IMG/VR virus record: IMGVR_UViG_3300035438_000194
Coordinates: 1 to 64,000 of that record
Length of the DNA: 64,000 nt
Strand: one strand, 5' to 3'
DNA from: a virus
Below the pieces are notes generated by a model. That model ran no database searches, had not been told where the DNA came from, and saw nothing but the letters and a program-made list of their open reading frames with translations. Positions 1 through 8,154 of this stretch are shown in pieces (positions within the stretch are counted from its first letter, which is position 1; the number at the start of each line of letters is the position of its first letter). The position numbers and the translations under genes are program-made.

Positions 1-436
1 TCTTCTCTTCAATCAACTTATTGACAATCTGTAACTTGGAAACACCAAGGTCCTTGAATTCAACAGTGCTAATATAAGTAGGATCAATATCACACGCAAA
101 CTTTTCTTTGTAGTCCTTGGCCAATGCGCTATGCCAGAACAGTTTGGACAACAGGTCACTAGCCCAATTATTGGTTAGCTCTTGTTTCCATAGATTCAAA
201 ACGTGTTGAGCTCGGTTATGCACCTTCTCAATACGTTTCTTCTTGTCCCAATGCATCTTACTCAGTTCTTCCTCCCCATACACAGATAGACCAAATAATG
301 CACGCTTGTACAGAAAATTCTGATAAGGTGTAAACGGGTCTTTCTCAAATTGAACTTTAGACTTTTGGAACTGCTTACCATAACGCTGGTAGCTACTTAA
401 CTTACCTTCATAGGTAACTTTTTGATAGGAACTCAT
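1..436 (-). CDS. Hypothetical phage protein, truncated by the window edge (MSSYQKVTYEGKLSSYQRYGK...)
   Basis: ATG at 436 on - strand, frame open to position 1; absent from the ORF track because its stop lies outside the window. Confidence 0.75.
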   Translation of the reverse strand, partial: MSSYQKVTYEGKLSSYQRYGKQFQKSKVQFEKDPFTPYQNFLYKRALFGLSVYGEEELSKMHWDKKKRIEKVHNRAQHVLNLWKQELTNNWASDLLSKLFWHSALAKDYKEKFACDIDPTYISTVEFKDLGVSKLQIVNKLIEEK

Positions 437-536
437 GATTGAATTGTGGGGTTAGATTATACAATAAGACAATACAGAACAGAACAGAGGTGATAGTAAA
501 TCAATACTACCACCCCCGCAATGAACATTTAACAAC

Positions 537-986
537 TTACAAACTGATTTCTTCAGACTCTACTTCCACAGAGTTGAAGGCTTCACGGATAGCCTCAGTA
601 TTGGTATGAGCAATTAACTCATCCATATCTGTACCCGATACATTATAGAAACAGTTACGGTAGATTGGTTGACCATCAACACAACATACAATACCTGTAT
701 CACCTGCCATCTTATAATCCTTCTCTGGATTCTTAGTATTGAATGGCTCTAAAGACTCTTTAACTACAATCTTACCAGGTAGTTCCTGATCAGCCTTGTA
801 ACCAAACATTTCTAAGTGCTCAACCTTACCTTTGATAAGTGCACTTAATACCACTGGTTTAGCAAACCCTGTCTTCTCATCAATACTCATACGAGTTTGA
901 GATACACGGATGAAACCATAACCTTTACCGTTAGAGGTAACAACAAGACCTGCTTTATTAGCAGTAACGCGAACTGATGTGTTCAT
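537..986 (-). CDS. Conserved phage protein, possibly ssDNA-binding (beta-rich, acidic C-tail)
   Basis: ORF 537..1052; likelier start MNTSVRV at 986 after an AT-rich leader; tail EVESEEISL; SSB function is a guess. Confidence 0.55.
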   Translation of the reverse strand: MNTSVRVTANKAGLVVTSNGKGYGFIRVSQTRMSIDEKTGFAKPVVLSALIKGKVEHLEMFGYKADQELPGKIVVKESLEPFNTKNPEKDYKMAGDTGIVCCVDGQPIYRNCFYNVSGTDMDELIAHTNTEAIREAFNSVEVESEEISL

Positions 987-1048
987 TTTAATAAAAGATT
1001 TAATTAGTTGATTGTTAGTAGAATAGGGCAACAATCTCACCCGTAAGA

Positions 1049-1339
1049 TCACTCTGGATCAATGTCCAGATCTGTAGCATCAAACCCGTCTTCATCAATG
1101 ATGTCATGACCGAAGTATTCATTGTGATATCTCTCATGGTATTCAACATCATCAATAGGCTCATCATCCTCATCAGGATCAATGATAGGTGCCTTCTTAA
1201 TAACTGAACCGTGAAAGGGATTTGTTACATGCTCTCCAGCATTAATAGATATAAGGTATTGTATATCAGCATCACTCAGATCAAGTATGTCCGAGATGTC
1301 TAAGTTTACAACCTTTCCATTGGGTAGCTGGTAATACAT
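1049..1339 (-). CDS. Hypothetical acidic protein
   Basis: 96 aa ORF with TATATTTG promoter element 15 nt upstream. Confidence 0.75.
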   Translation of the reverse strand: MYYQLPNGKVVNLDISDILDLSDADIQYLISINAGEHVTNPFHGSVIKKAPIIDPDEDDEPIDDVEYHERYHNEYFGHDIIDEDGFDATDLDIDPE

Positions 1340-1354
1340 TTACATAGTGTTACA

Positions 1355-1362
1355 CAAATATA
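1355..1362 (-). promoter_or_regulatory. Bacteroidota -7 promoter element TATATTTG
   Basis: Matches the TAnnTTTG consensus just upstream of ATG 1339. Confidence 0.6.
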
Positions 1363-1417
1363 GATTGCATAAGAAGAAAACCGTTGATTTACAATAAGAT
1401 AAGAAAGATATGTTACA

Positions 1418-1597
1418 TTATATAACAAAAGCCACTAAGGCAATTACTAATGCAACACCGGCCAAGATGGTATTATACTTTATTAACAACTTCATAGCTG
1501 CTAACTGAGTAATTATATCATCGTGCTTAACCTGTAATTCTTTCTTATATCTCTCGTATGTGCCCATATATAATGGACGCTTATCTTGCTCACTCAT
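1418..1597 (-). CDS. Small membrane-anchored protein (59 aa, C-terminal TM helix)
   Basis: Manual translation MSEQDKRPLY...TILAGVALVIALVAFVI*. Confidence 0.6.
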   Translation of the reverse strand: MSEQDKRPLYMGTYERYKKELQVKHDDIITQLAAMKLLIKYNTILAGVALVIALVAFVI

Positions 1598-1667
1598 ATT
1601 AAAAAATTGTTTAAAGCTTGGATAATCAATGAATTATCCCTAATCTTGTATAAGATATCCACACTCT

Positions 1668-2669
1668 ATGAATAAGATCACCATTAATGGTAAGCTTGCA
1701 AAGCAGTATCTTAAGAAGTATCCTAAACTTCCCATCATGACCATCGCTAAACTTATGTACTCTGAGAATGATATGCACTTCAATAGTGTGGATCACGCTC
1801 GGTCACTACTTAAGAATCATGCAGGACTAGCGGGTAAAGAAAAAAGAAAGACCGTAGATCCAGAATTACAAAGACCTATTACCTACAACTATGCACCATT
1901 TAATGATATACCAAAATCATATAAGTCTGGACCTAATGACTTTGTACTACCAAATGATGCTAATCATATCCTTGTTCTTTCTGATGTACACTTCCCTTAT
2001 CATGATGAAGAAGCTCTTGGTACTGCTATTCAATATGGTATTCAACAACAAGTAAACACAATACTTCTTAACGGTGATATCTTAGATTTCTACCAGTTGT
2101 CACGCTTTGATAAGGACCCAAGCAAACCTAAGATGCAAGTAGAACTTGAGCAAGGTAGATGGTTTATGAAAGCACTACGCACAGCATTTCCTAAGGCTAG
2201 GATTTACTACAAGATTGGTAATCATGAAGAACGCCTAGAGAAATGGCTAAGACTTAAGGCACCCGAGTGGATTGGTATGGATGAGTTTGAGTTAAAGATG
2301 TTACTCCGTTTTGGGGAGAATCAAATACAACTCATAGACTCAACATCAACAATCAAAGTAGGTAACCTTAATATCATCCACGGTCATGAATACCTTGGTG
2401 GTGGTACAGTGAACCCTGCAAGGAACCTATACCTAAAAGCAAAAGCAAGTACTATCTGCGGTCACTTCCATAGAAAATCAGAATTTACAACTCGTGATAT
2501 AAACAACAAAATCCAAGGGGCTTGGACTACAGGTTGCTTATGCGAGTTATATCCTGAGTATATGAAAGGGCATTCAGATTGGGTACATGGATTTGCAGTA
2601 GTTAAAGTAGAAAAGGACGGTACCTTTTCAGTAGACAACAAGTTGATCATTGACGGAGTAGTAATGTAA
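1668..2669 (+). CDS. Calcineurin-like metallophosphoesterase
   Basis: Motifs SDVH, GDILD, GNHE, HGH and GHFH in canonical order. Confidence 0.9.
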   Translation: MNKITINGKLAKQYLKKYPKLPIMTIAKLMYSENDMHFNSVDHARSLLKNHAGLAGKEKRKTVDPELQRPITYNYAPFNDIPKSYKSGPNDFVLPNDANHILVLSDVHFPYHDEEALGTAIQYGIQQQVNTILLNGDILDFYQLSRFDKDPSKPKMQVELEQGRWFMKALRTAFPKARIYYKIGNHEERLEKWLRLKAPEWIGMDEFELKMLLRFGENQIQLIDSTSTIKVGNLNIIHGHEYLGGGTVNPARNLYLKAKASTICGHFHRKSEFTTRDINNKIQGAWTTGCLCELYPEYMKGHSDWVHGFAVVKVEKDGTFSVDNKLIIDGVVM

Positions 2670-2676
2670 GATAACT

Positions 2677-2898
2677 ATGGCAACGTATATAAAGGCAGGA
2701 ACATACCAAGTGCCACACTCTGATGAGCAGATTGAGGCTAACATTTATATAGATGCACGAGTAATACAAGTACTAGACAGTGAAGAGGATCTTGTTATAG
2801 AACTTACATATGAGGAACTCCGTGGTATTATGGCCATTATGGCAGCAGAGCAGGAGAAGACTCACTTAAGAATACAAGCCTTGGGTAGAAATAATTAG
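2677..2898 (+). CDS. Hypothetical protein
   Basis: 73 aa ORF 7 nt downstream of the phosphoesterase. Confidence 0.65.
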   Translation: MATYIKAGTYQVPHSDEQIEANIYIDARVIQVLDSEEDLVIELTYEELRGIMAIMAAEQEKTHLRIQALGRNN

Positions 2899-3251
2899 CC
2901 AAAGATACTATTCCATATCCTTCTAAACACACCCGCCTTTGGGTTCTTGCGAGCCTTTCTAGTAGATCTCTTAGCTTTTGGTTCTGTAGTATTCTCACGA
3001 AGAGGATATCTTTTTCTATAAAGATCTTTCTGATAGTCATAATAGAGTTTTATAAAGTTATTATAACGCTCATCGTGTATGCGTATTCTTCCTTGCCACT
3101 TTCCCGTAATAGAATCTTTGTAAAGAATACCCGATTCAATAAGATGTTTAGCCAGAGGCATACCTTCTAACCTTGCTGCGGTAGTTGGACTCATACCCTC
3201 ATTTACATTTTTGCATACCTTTAATACGCGTTCTTTGGTTAATTTACCCAT
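2895..3251 (-). CDS. Hypothetical basic protein
   Basis: 118 aa ORF with AT-rich leader. Confidence 0.7.
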   Translation of the reverse strand: MGKLTKERVLKVCKNVNEGMSPTTAARLEGMPLAKHLIESGILYKDSITGKWQGRIRIHDERYNNFIKLYYDYQKDLYRKRYPLRENTTEPKAKRSTRKARKNPKAGVFRRIWNSIFG

Positions 3252-3345
3252 ATAATTGTTTGTTTAATTGATACTTGCTTAACCCTAACTGCAAAGTGGG
3301 AGAATCGTAACTCCCACAATGCATCAGGTCTCTTCACCCTTAAAA

Positions 3346-4491
3346 TTACATCCAATCAACTTCCACCAGTTGAATAGGATCACCTAAAGAATTAACCTTA
3401 TAGTTATCCTTGAACCACTGCTGTACTTCAGGTTTCTCTAACCATTCTTTCACATAATCGTGATAGCATTGGTCAACAGACTTGTTATTCTTACTATACA
3501 TCTGGTTAATAATGAAGTTATCATCTTCCCAGTTTTTAGTAATACCAACAGTAGCACGTGCATCACGGTCAGCAAACTTCAATACAAAGTAACTCTTGTC
3601 AGTAACCTGTGTATTATAGTTAGTATACACACAGTGAGACATCATTCTGCCTTCTATATATAGGTCCTTACTATTAGTGATTAATTCTAGACAACCGTTA
3701 TGTGGTAAGCTGTTAAGATACTTATAGTCAACAGACTGTACAGAATCTTGCTCAATATCCATTATCTCTTTGGTCCAATCTTGGTGAACTTCTTTGACAC
3801 GGTTATTTGACCACTTAAAGTCTATCTTACGCCCTAACATTTGAGCCTGCTTGATTAAGTCTTGCATTATCCAATCTACAGCACCATTTGAAATTACATA
3901 TTCAATAGCGTGGTTAGGATCCTTGGCAACACTTAATGTATCAGCAAGACCCTGAATTCTAAAGCCTTGATTCTTATTAACATAGTCCCATACTAACTCG
4001 GTAGATATATTCATACCACGCATAGTTGGGTTAGTCTTAATGATAGCCTTGATTAAGTCTCTTGGATTAGTAATCTTACCTAACAATACCTTATTGATAT
4101 TGCTATTGGTAGTACTCATTTGTAATCCCATAGGTGAATTGGTAAACCATTCAGCCTTAAAGTACTTACACATATCACCGAGTAGAAGAGTACCGTTAGT
4201 AGCAGCCTGCTTACCATACCACCACTTAAATTTCTTGGTAGCCTTCTCATATGTACAACCAAAGGTGGAATCTCTTTTAAGATATAACCCTGTTTTGTTA
4301 TTCCATCTAGGGTTGCAGTTATTACTTGCCCAATAGATATGAGTATCAGACTCTGCTCTGGTATCTTCTGTCCAAACATATAAAGAACCCTTAAAGTAGT
4401 GGAACCTTTGCTTATCAATAGGTTGACTCTTAACGTTCAGATATGTAGTTTTTTGAATAGGAGTAAAATCCGTAATATTAGTTACTTGCAT
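3346..4491 (-). CDS. PcfJ-like domain protein
   Basis: C-terminal DLYIEGRMMSHCV fits the PcfJ-like L-x-x-E-G-x-x-M-x-H-C-V signature. Confidence 0.75.
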   Translation of the reverse strand: MQVTNITDFTPIQKTTYLNVKSQPIDKQRFHYFKGSLYVWTEDTRAESDTHIYWASNNCNPRWNNKTGLYLKRDSTFGCTYEKATKKFKWWYGKQAATNGTLLLGDMCKYFKAEWFTNSPMGLQMSTTNSNINKVLLGKITNPRDLIKAIIKTNPTMRGMNISTELVWDYVNKNQGFRIQGLADTLSVAKDPNHAIEYVISNGAVDWIMQDLIKQAQMLGRKIDFKWSNNRVKEVHQDWTKEIMDIEQDSVQSVDYKYLNSLPHNGCLELITNSKDLYIEGRMMSHCVYTNYNTQVTDKSYFVLKFADRDARATVGITKNWEDDNFIINQMYSKNNKSVDQCYHDYVKEWLEKPEVQQWFKDNYKVNSLGDPIQLVEVDWM

Positions 4492-4524
4492 TTGAGTTGG
4501 TTTTTTAGTTGATATAAATTTTAG

Positions 4525-4603
4525 AAGCCAGGGTGAGACTCGAACTCACAACGCACAACCATAAAGGGTGTGATACCATTTCCACATTACGTGCTACCTG
4601 ACT
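4525..4603 (-). ncRNA. tRNA-like element (non-canonical tRNA or tRNA mimic)
   Basis: 7-bp acceptor stem AGTCAGG/CCTGGCT and perfect T-arm GTGAG-TTCGAGT-CTCAC; D and anticodon arms irregular; no encoded CCA. Confidence 0.65.
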
Positions 4604-4703
4604 GGGTTACCCCGCGTCACCGTTGTATTTAACAGTAACTAAACTTAATTTGAGGACCGTTGTCCTTCCCGATGAAAAAAGTTGTGACGCGAGGTAGTAT
4701 TGT

Positions 4704-4871
4704 TTACCACTTGTTGTGTTTCTTATAACACTTGGAGGGCTTAGCATTGTGAGACTTCTTATGATGAGTCTTATAATCATACCCGTGTTGTGAACTTGAG
4801 CAGGAGGTTAACAATGCGACCAATGTGATTAGGGCAAAATACATTATGATGTACGCATTACTCTTCTTCAT
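4704..4871 (-). CDS. Small lipoprotein (55 aa, lipobox LTSC)
   Basis: Manual translation MKKSNAYIIMYFALITLVALLTSCSSSQHGYDYK...KHNKW*. Confidence 0.75.
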   Translation of the reverse strand: MKKSNAYIIMYFALITLVALLTSCSSSQHGYDYKTHHKKSHNAKPSKCYKKHNKW

Positions 4872-5025
4872 TCTCTTTTGTGTTTAAGGGTTGGTTGTCT
4901 TCTTCTGCTAATTCTCTGAAGAGTAGTTCTCTTTCCTGTTCTTGTTCTTGGTAATGAAAGGAAGCAGATAACTCTTGCTCATCTAACATCTTCTGAAACT
5001 CGGGGCTATTCTTTGTCTTACTCAT
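4858..5025 (-). CDS. Small acidic hypothetical protein (55 aa)
   Basis: Manual translation MSKTKNSPEFQKMLDEQEL...KENEEE*; overlaps the next start. Confidence 0.6.
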   Translation of the reverse strand: MSKTKNSPEFQKMLDEQELSASFHYQEQEQERELLFRELAEEDNQPLNTKENEEE

Positions 5026-5061
5026 AAGGCTTTAGTTATTTATTAGCACTGAAAAAAATAT

Positions 5062-5090
5062 AAAAGGGACACCATTACAGCATCCCTTTT
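5062..5090 (-). terminator. Putative intrinsic terminator after the DUF2828 gene
   Basis: AAAAGGGA...TCCCTTTT inverted repeat followed by a T-run on the - strand. Confidence 0.6.
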
Positions 5091-5104
5091 AATATATGTA
5101 ACCA

Positions 5105-6508
5105 CTAATCCAACTTGATACAACTGTATCTATCAGAGTTAACGGTCTTTAGCATTACTGCTAACGGATTCAAATCATCACCACCTAATACAGACTTGAT
5201 AATGCTCGGACTATATCCGCTCACAAGTGCAGTGTTTGGTGTGTCAACCTTCACAGGTACATTACCCAATCTACCATTCACATTCCAAAAGATTATACCT
5301 GGCATCTGATAGCCTGCAGCAGCATACATACCCTTGATTGCATCAAAGTTAGTACGTCTATCACACGCTTGGTCAAACTCCATATCACTGATAATCAGTA
5401 ACTTGGTTGGCATATCTTCCTGTGATACTTTACCTGCAATTGCACGGTTAAGTAACACATTGAATGTCTTGAATAAGTCAGTGTTCATACCCCAATCTGC
5501 TTGACGTAGGTTAACTACTCTCTCTGCAAGAGTATTACCTTGTATCAGGCGGAACTGTGGACTCTCACTAAACGTCAATACTAAATCCTTGAAAGGACCT
5601 TCATTGCGTTCAGAGATATACAAACCTAACCCGATTGATACGTCCATTGGTGTACCCATCATACTACCTGATACATCACAGATTGGTAAGATACGCTCTG
5701 TACAACCTTCCATATAATTAGGTAAAGACTTCCACATAGCATCATATGCTGCTGCGTTAGACTCTTCACCCCAATTCATATTTGTGATCTTGTTAACAAT
5801 ATCACTTGGAAACAGTACCGAAGCGTTCATCTTCTGTTTACCTTCCATAACATCACTGATATAAGAACTGTATCTTACACCATCGTGCTTGGTAAAAGAG
5901 TTACTATATCTCTTTCCTGCAACAGATGGAACTGTACTATACTGAATAGTTTCCCATTCATTAGCACACATCTTCTGCTCAACAGTATTAGACATAGCAG
6001 TTAGTCTTCTACGGAAGGTACCCGCTGATACATTGAGGTACTTATGCATAGCAACAAACCATTCACCTTTACGGGGAAACCATTTGGCTAACAGATTAGC
6101 ATTCTCATTCTCCTTCAGTTGGTGGTCCAACCAATTAAGAGTATTATCACTCGGTCTTTCAATGATGAAGATGTCTTTCCAATAACCAAACACAGGTATA
6201 TGTATAGCAACTTGCTCATACACATCTGGGAATGATATCAAAAGACTTCTCATTATCACTTGGAAGAAACGCTTCTCACCTGCACCACCGCGTGCATCAC
6301 GTGCCCAAAATACTATCTTAAGAGCAGTAAGTTTATCTTCACGATAAGCCCTGATAAATGCTTTTATGATATCTTCTTCAGGCATAAAACGGCTCGCACC
6401 TGCTATAAAGAACAGGTCAATACAGAAATTACCCGCAGTACTATGTGTAACTGCTCCGTTATTGGTAAGACTGTCATTAGAAAACATTGCGTTGGTAAAA
6501 GTATCCAT
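5105..6508 (-). CDS. DUF2828-family protein (TROVE/Ro60-like helical domain + VWA domain)
   Basis: TNNGA, RDARGGAGEK, GYWKD, AKWFPR, MIDAS-type CDVSGSM, ISDMEFD and IIFWNV motifs; likelier start MDTFTN at 6508. Confidence 0.85.
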   Translation of the reverse strand: MDTFTNAMFSNDSLTNNGAVTHSTAGNFCIDLFFIAGASRFMPEEDIIKAFIRAYREDKLTALKIVFWARDARGGAGEKRFFQVIMRSLLISFPDVYEQVAIHIPVFGYWKDIFIIERPSDNTLNWLDHQLKENENANLLAKWFPRKGEWFVAMHKYLNVSAGTFRRRLTAMSNTVEQKMCANEWETIQYSTVPSVAGKRYSNSFTKHDGVRYSSYISDVMEGKQKMNASVLFPSDIVNKITNMNWGEESNAAAYDAMWKSLPNYMEGCTERILPICDVSGSMMGTPMDVSIGLGLYISERNEGPFKDLVLTFSESPQFRLIQGNTLAERVVNLRQADWGMNTDLFKTFNVLLNRAIAGKVSQEDMPTKLLIISDMEFDQACDRRTNFDAIKGMYAAAGYQMPGIIFWNVNGRLGNVPVKVDTPNTALVSGYSPSIIKSVLGGDDLNPLAVMLKTVNSDRYSCIKLD

Positions 6509-6573
6509 TGCTTTAAGGGTTTTGGTTAAACAAATTATGAGATTGGTAGGCCACGGTATCACTACTCGGCTTT

Positions 6574-6842
6574 GCACATACTACAGAATGAAGAGAGCCT
6601 AACAGTTAACTGTTGTGACCTACCATCTCGTTTTGCATTGTATTTTTTTTACAGTGCTGATTCATTCTTTAATGTGCGGGGTTATCTTATGCTAAACAGA
6701 ATAGTTGTTTAACCTTATTATAATTGTAGTTTTAATAGTGCTGAACTATACTTCACTAACATAAGACGGGTTGTAAAGATACAGAATGCAGTTTAACTTA
6801 CCATAGTTTTTTATAGTGCGGTTAACATTCTTCACTTTACAA
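6574..6842 (-). ncRNA. Three tandem structured RNA modules upstream of DUF2828
   Basis: Units 6574-6677, 6685-6766, 6771-6842: variable outer stem, internal loop, AGWAU/AUUCU inner stem, C(A/C)GCACU, AU-rich loop. Confidence 0.7.
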
Positions 6843-6936
6843 TAGGGTACGTGATAATCAGTAAAGGTGCAGGGGGCTACCCATTTTTTGAACCTTGCGG
6901 GTTTTTACCGCTTCTGCATTACCACAATATGAGTAG

Positions 6937-7101
6937 TTATAACATATCAAGAATCGGTAACTCATCATCTTCATCACTAATAACTTTGCGGTAGTTATCA
7001 TCATCACACATAAGAGAGTAAACAGAGTAGAAATCTAACTTACTAATAGAGGAGTAGACTATCAGAGCAGTAGGCTTATGTACTAATAGGTAGGTAATCA
7101 T
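6937..7101 (-). CDS. Small hypothetical protein (54 aa)
   Basis: Manual translation MITYLLVHKPTALIVYSS...DDELPILDML*. Confidence 0.5.
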   Translation of the reverse strand: MITYLLVHKPTALIVYSSISKLDFYSVYSLMCDDDNYRKVISDEDDELPILDML

Positions 7102-7233
7102 AGTTTTTTAATTTGCTATATATTACAGTAATTGTACTATAAGGGTGATTTTCAGTGAGTTGTAACTGTTACAAGAGTGCAGTGTGTGTTGCTGTCACAC
7201 ACACTAACACGCTTATAATCAATTAGTTAACCA

Positions 7234-7698
7234 CTAAAATATGGTTGGGTCAGGGTTTTCACTCTGATTCACTACCACTTCCTTCTGAACAGGTGCTTGG
7301 TTCAATTGTGGACGCTTTGTACCACCTGCAAGACCTCTAATCTCCAAATATCTTTGAGCCTGTGCGGTTGCAACTGCTGCCTGCATTGCTGGAGACTTGC
7401 GTAATGCACCTTCTAACTCAAAAGTCTCAAGGTCACCGTTAACAACACTGCCATTTTCAGTAATGACAAGGTCTGTAGCGTAATCACCTATCTTTTTGCA
7501 ACCGTGTTTATCCCACAATGTTACTCGTGGAACTTCCATAATGTCACCGTTTAACTCTACCATATCACTACGGAAGTTCTCACCTTTGTTTTTCTTGATT
7601 GCTGCAATCTCTTCATCTGTACAGTTGTACAAGTGGAAGGTGTAACAAGGTGTGCCTGTACCTTTTGCAAGGTAGAAATTGTTCAATTTTGCTTTCAT
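7234..7698 (-). CDS. Hypothetical protein, probable paralog of 8155..8595
   Basis: 154 aa; shares KSPA, AQxYL and a PTxF C-terminus with 8155..8595. Confidence 0.75.
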   Translation of the reverse strand: MKAKLNNFYLAKGTGTPCYTFHLYNCTDEEIAAIKKNKGENFRSDMVELNGDIMEVPRVTLWDKHGCKKIGDYATDLVITENGSVVNGDLETFELEGALRKSPAMQAAVATAQAQRYLEIRGLAGGTKRPQLNQAPVQKEVVVNQSENPDPTIF

Positions 7699-8116
7699 AA
7701 GCTGTTGATTTTGAGGGTTTTAAGTTATTAAATTGTTTATTGTTAACTGACACATCTATGAGGAAGTGCAAATTATTAAGGAAAGTAGTCGGGGAAGAAA
7801 GAGGCAGATAGGGACAGGACAGAGCAATAGGATTACAAGAATGAGCAGTTTGCTAACTGACTGATTATCAGTACCAAGTTATCAGTTTTCCCAGAGTAGT
7901 ATACTAACAACCTGCTATGTTAGGAATCCAATAGTCTGACATATGAGTAGTAATAGAGTAGTAAGTTAATAGCCTGTTAGATACTGACCACTGCATACTG
8001 TCTGCTGTTAGGCTGTGTACGCATTTCAATCATTAAGGACCGTAGTCGGGGAGGAAGGCACACGTTAATGTCCACGCATAAGGTCACGCATTGCCCTGTT
8101 GTGCAGAGGTGATAGT

Positions 8117-8150
8117 AAAAACCCCACGCACCGTAAGGCACGCAGGGTTT
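8117..8150 (-). terminator. Hairpin/terminator after 8155..8595
   Basis: 15-bp stem AAAACCCUGCGUGCC/GGUGCGUGGGGUUUU that pairs fully (with G-U) only on the - strand. Confidence 0.7.
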
Positions 8151-8154
8151 TAAG

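Noticed and set aside
4492-4524. Theta/HDV-like ribozyme after the tRNA-like element
   Set aside because: The 3' trailer is a short AU-rich leader with no nested pseudoknot potential
4525-4603. Functional ochre suppressor tRNA or stop-codon recoding
   Set aside because: The anticodon arm is non-canonical and long genes are intact in the standard code with TAA, TAG and TGA all used as stops
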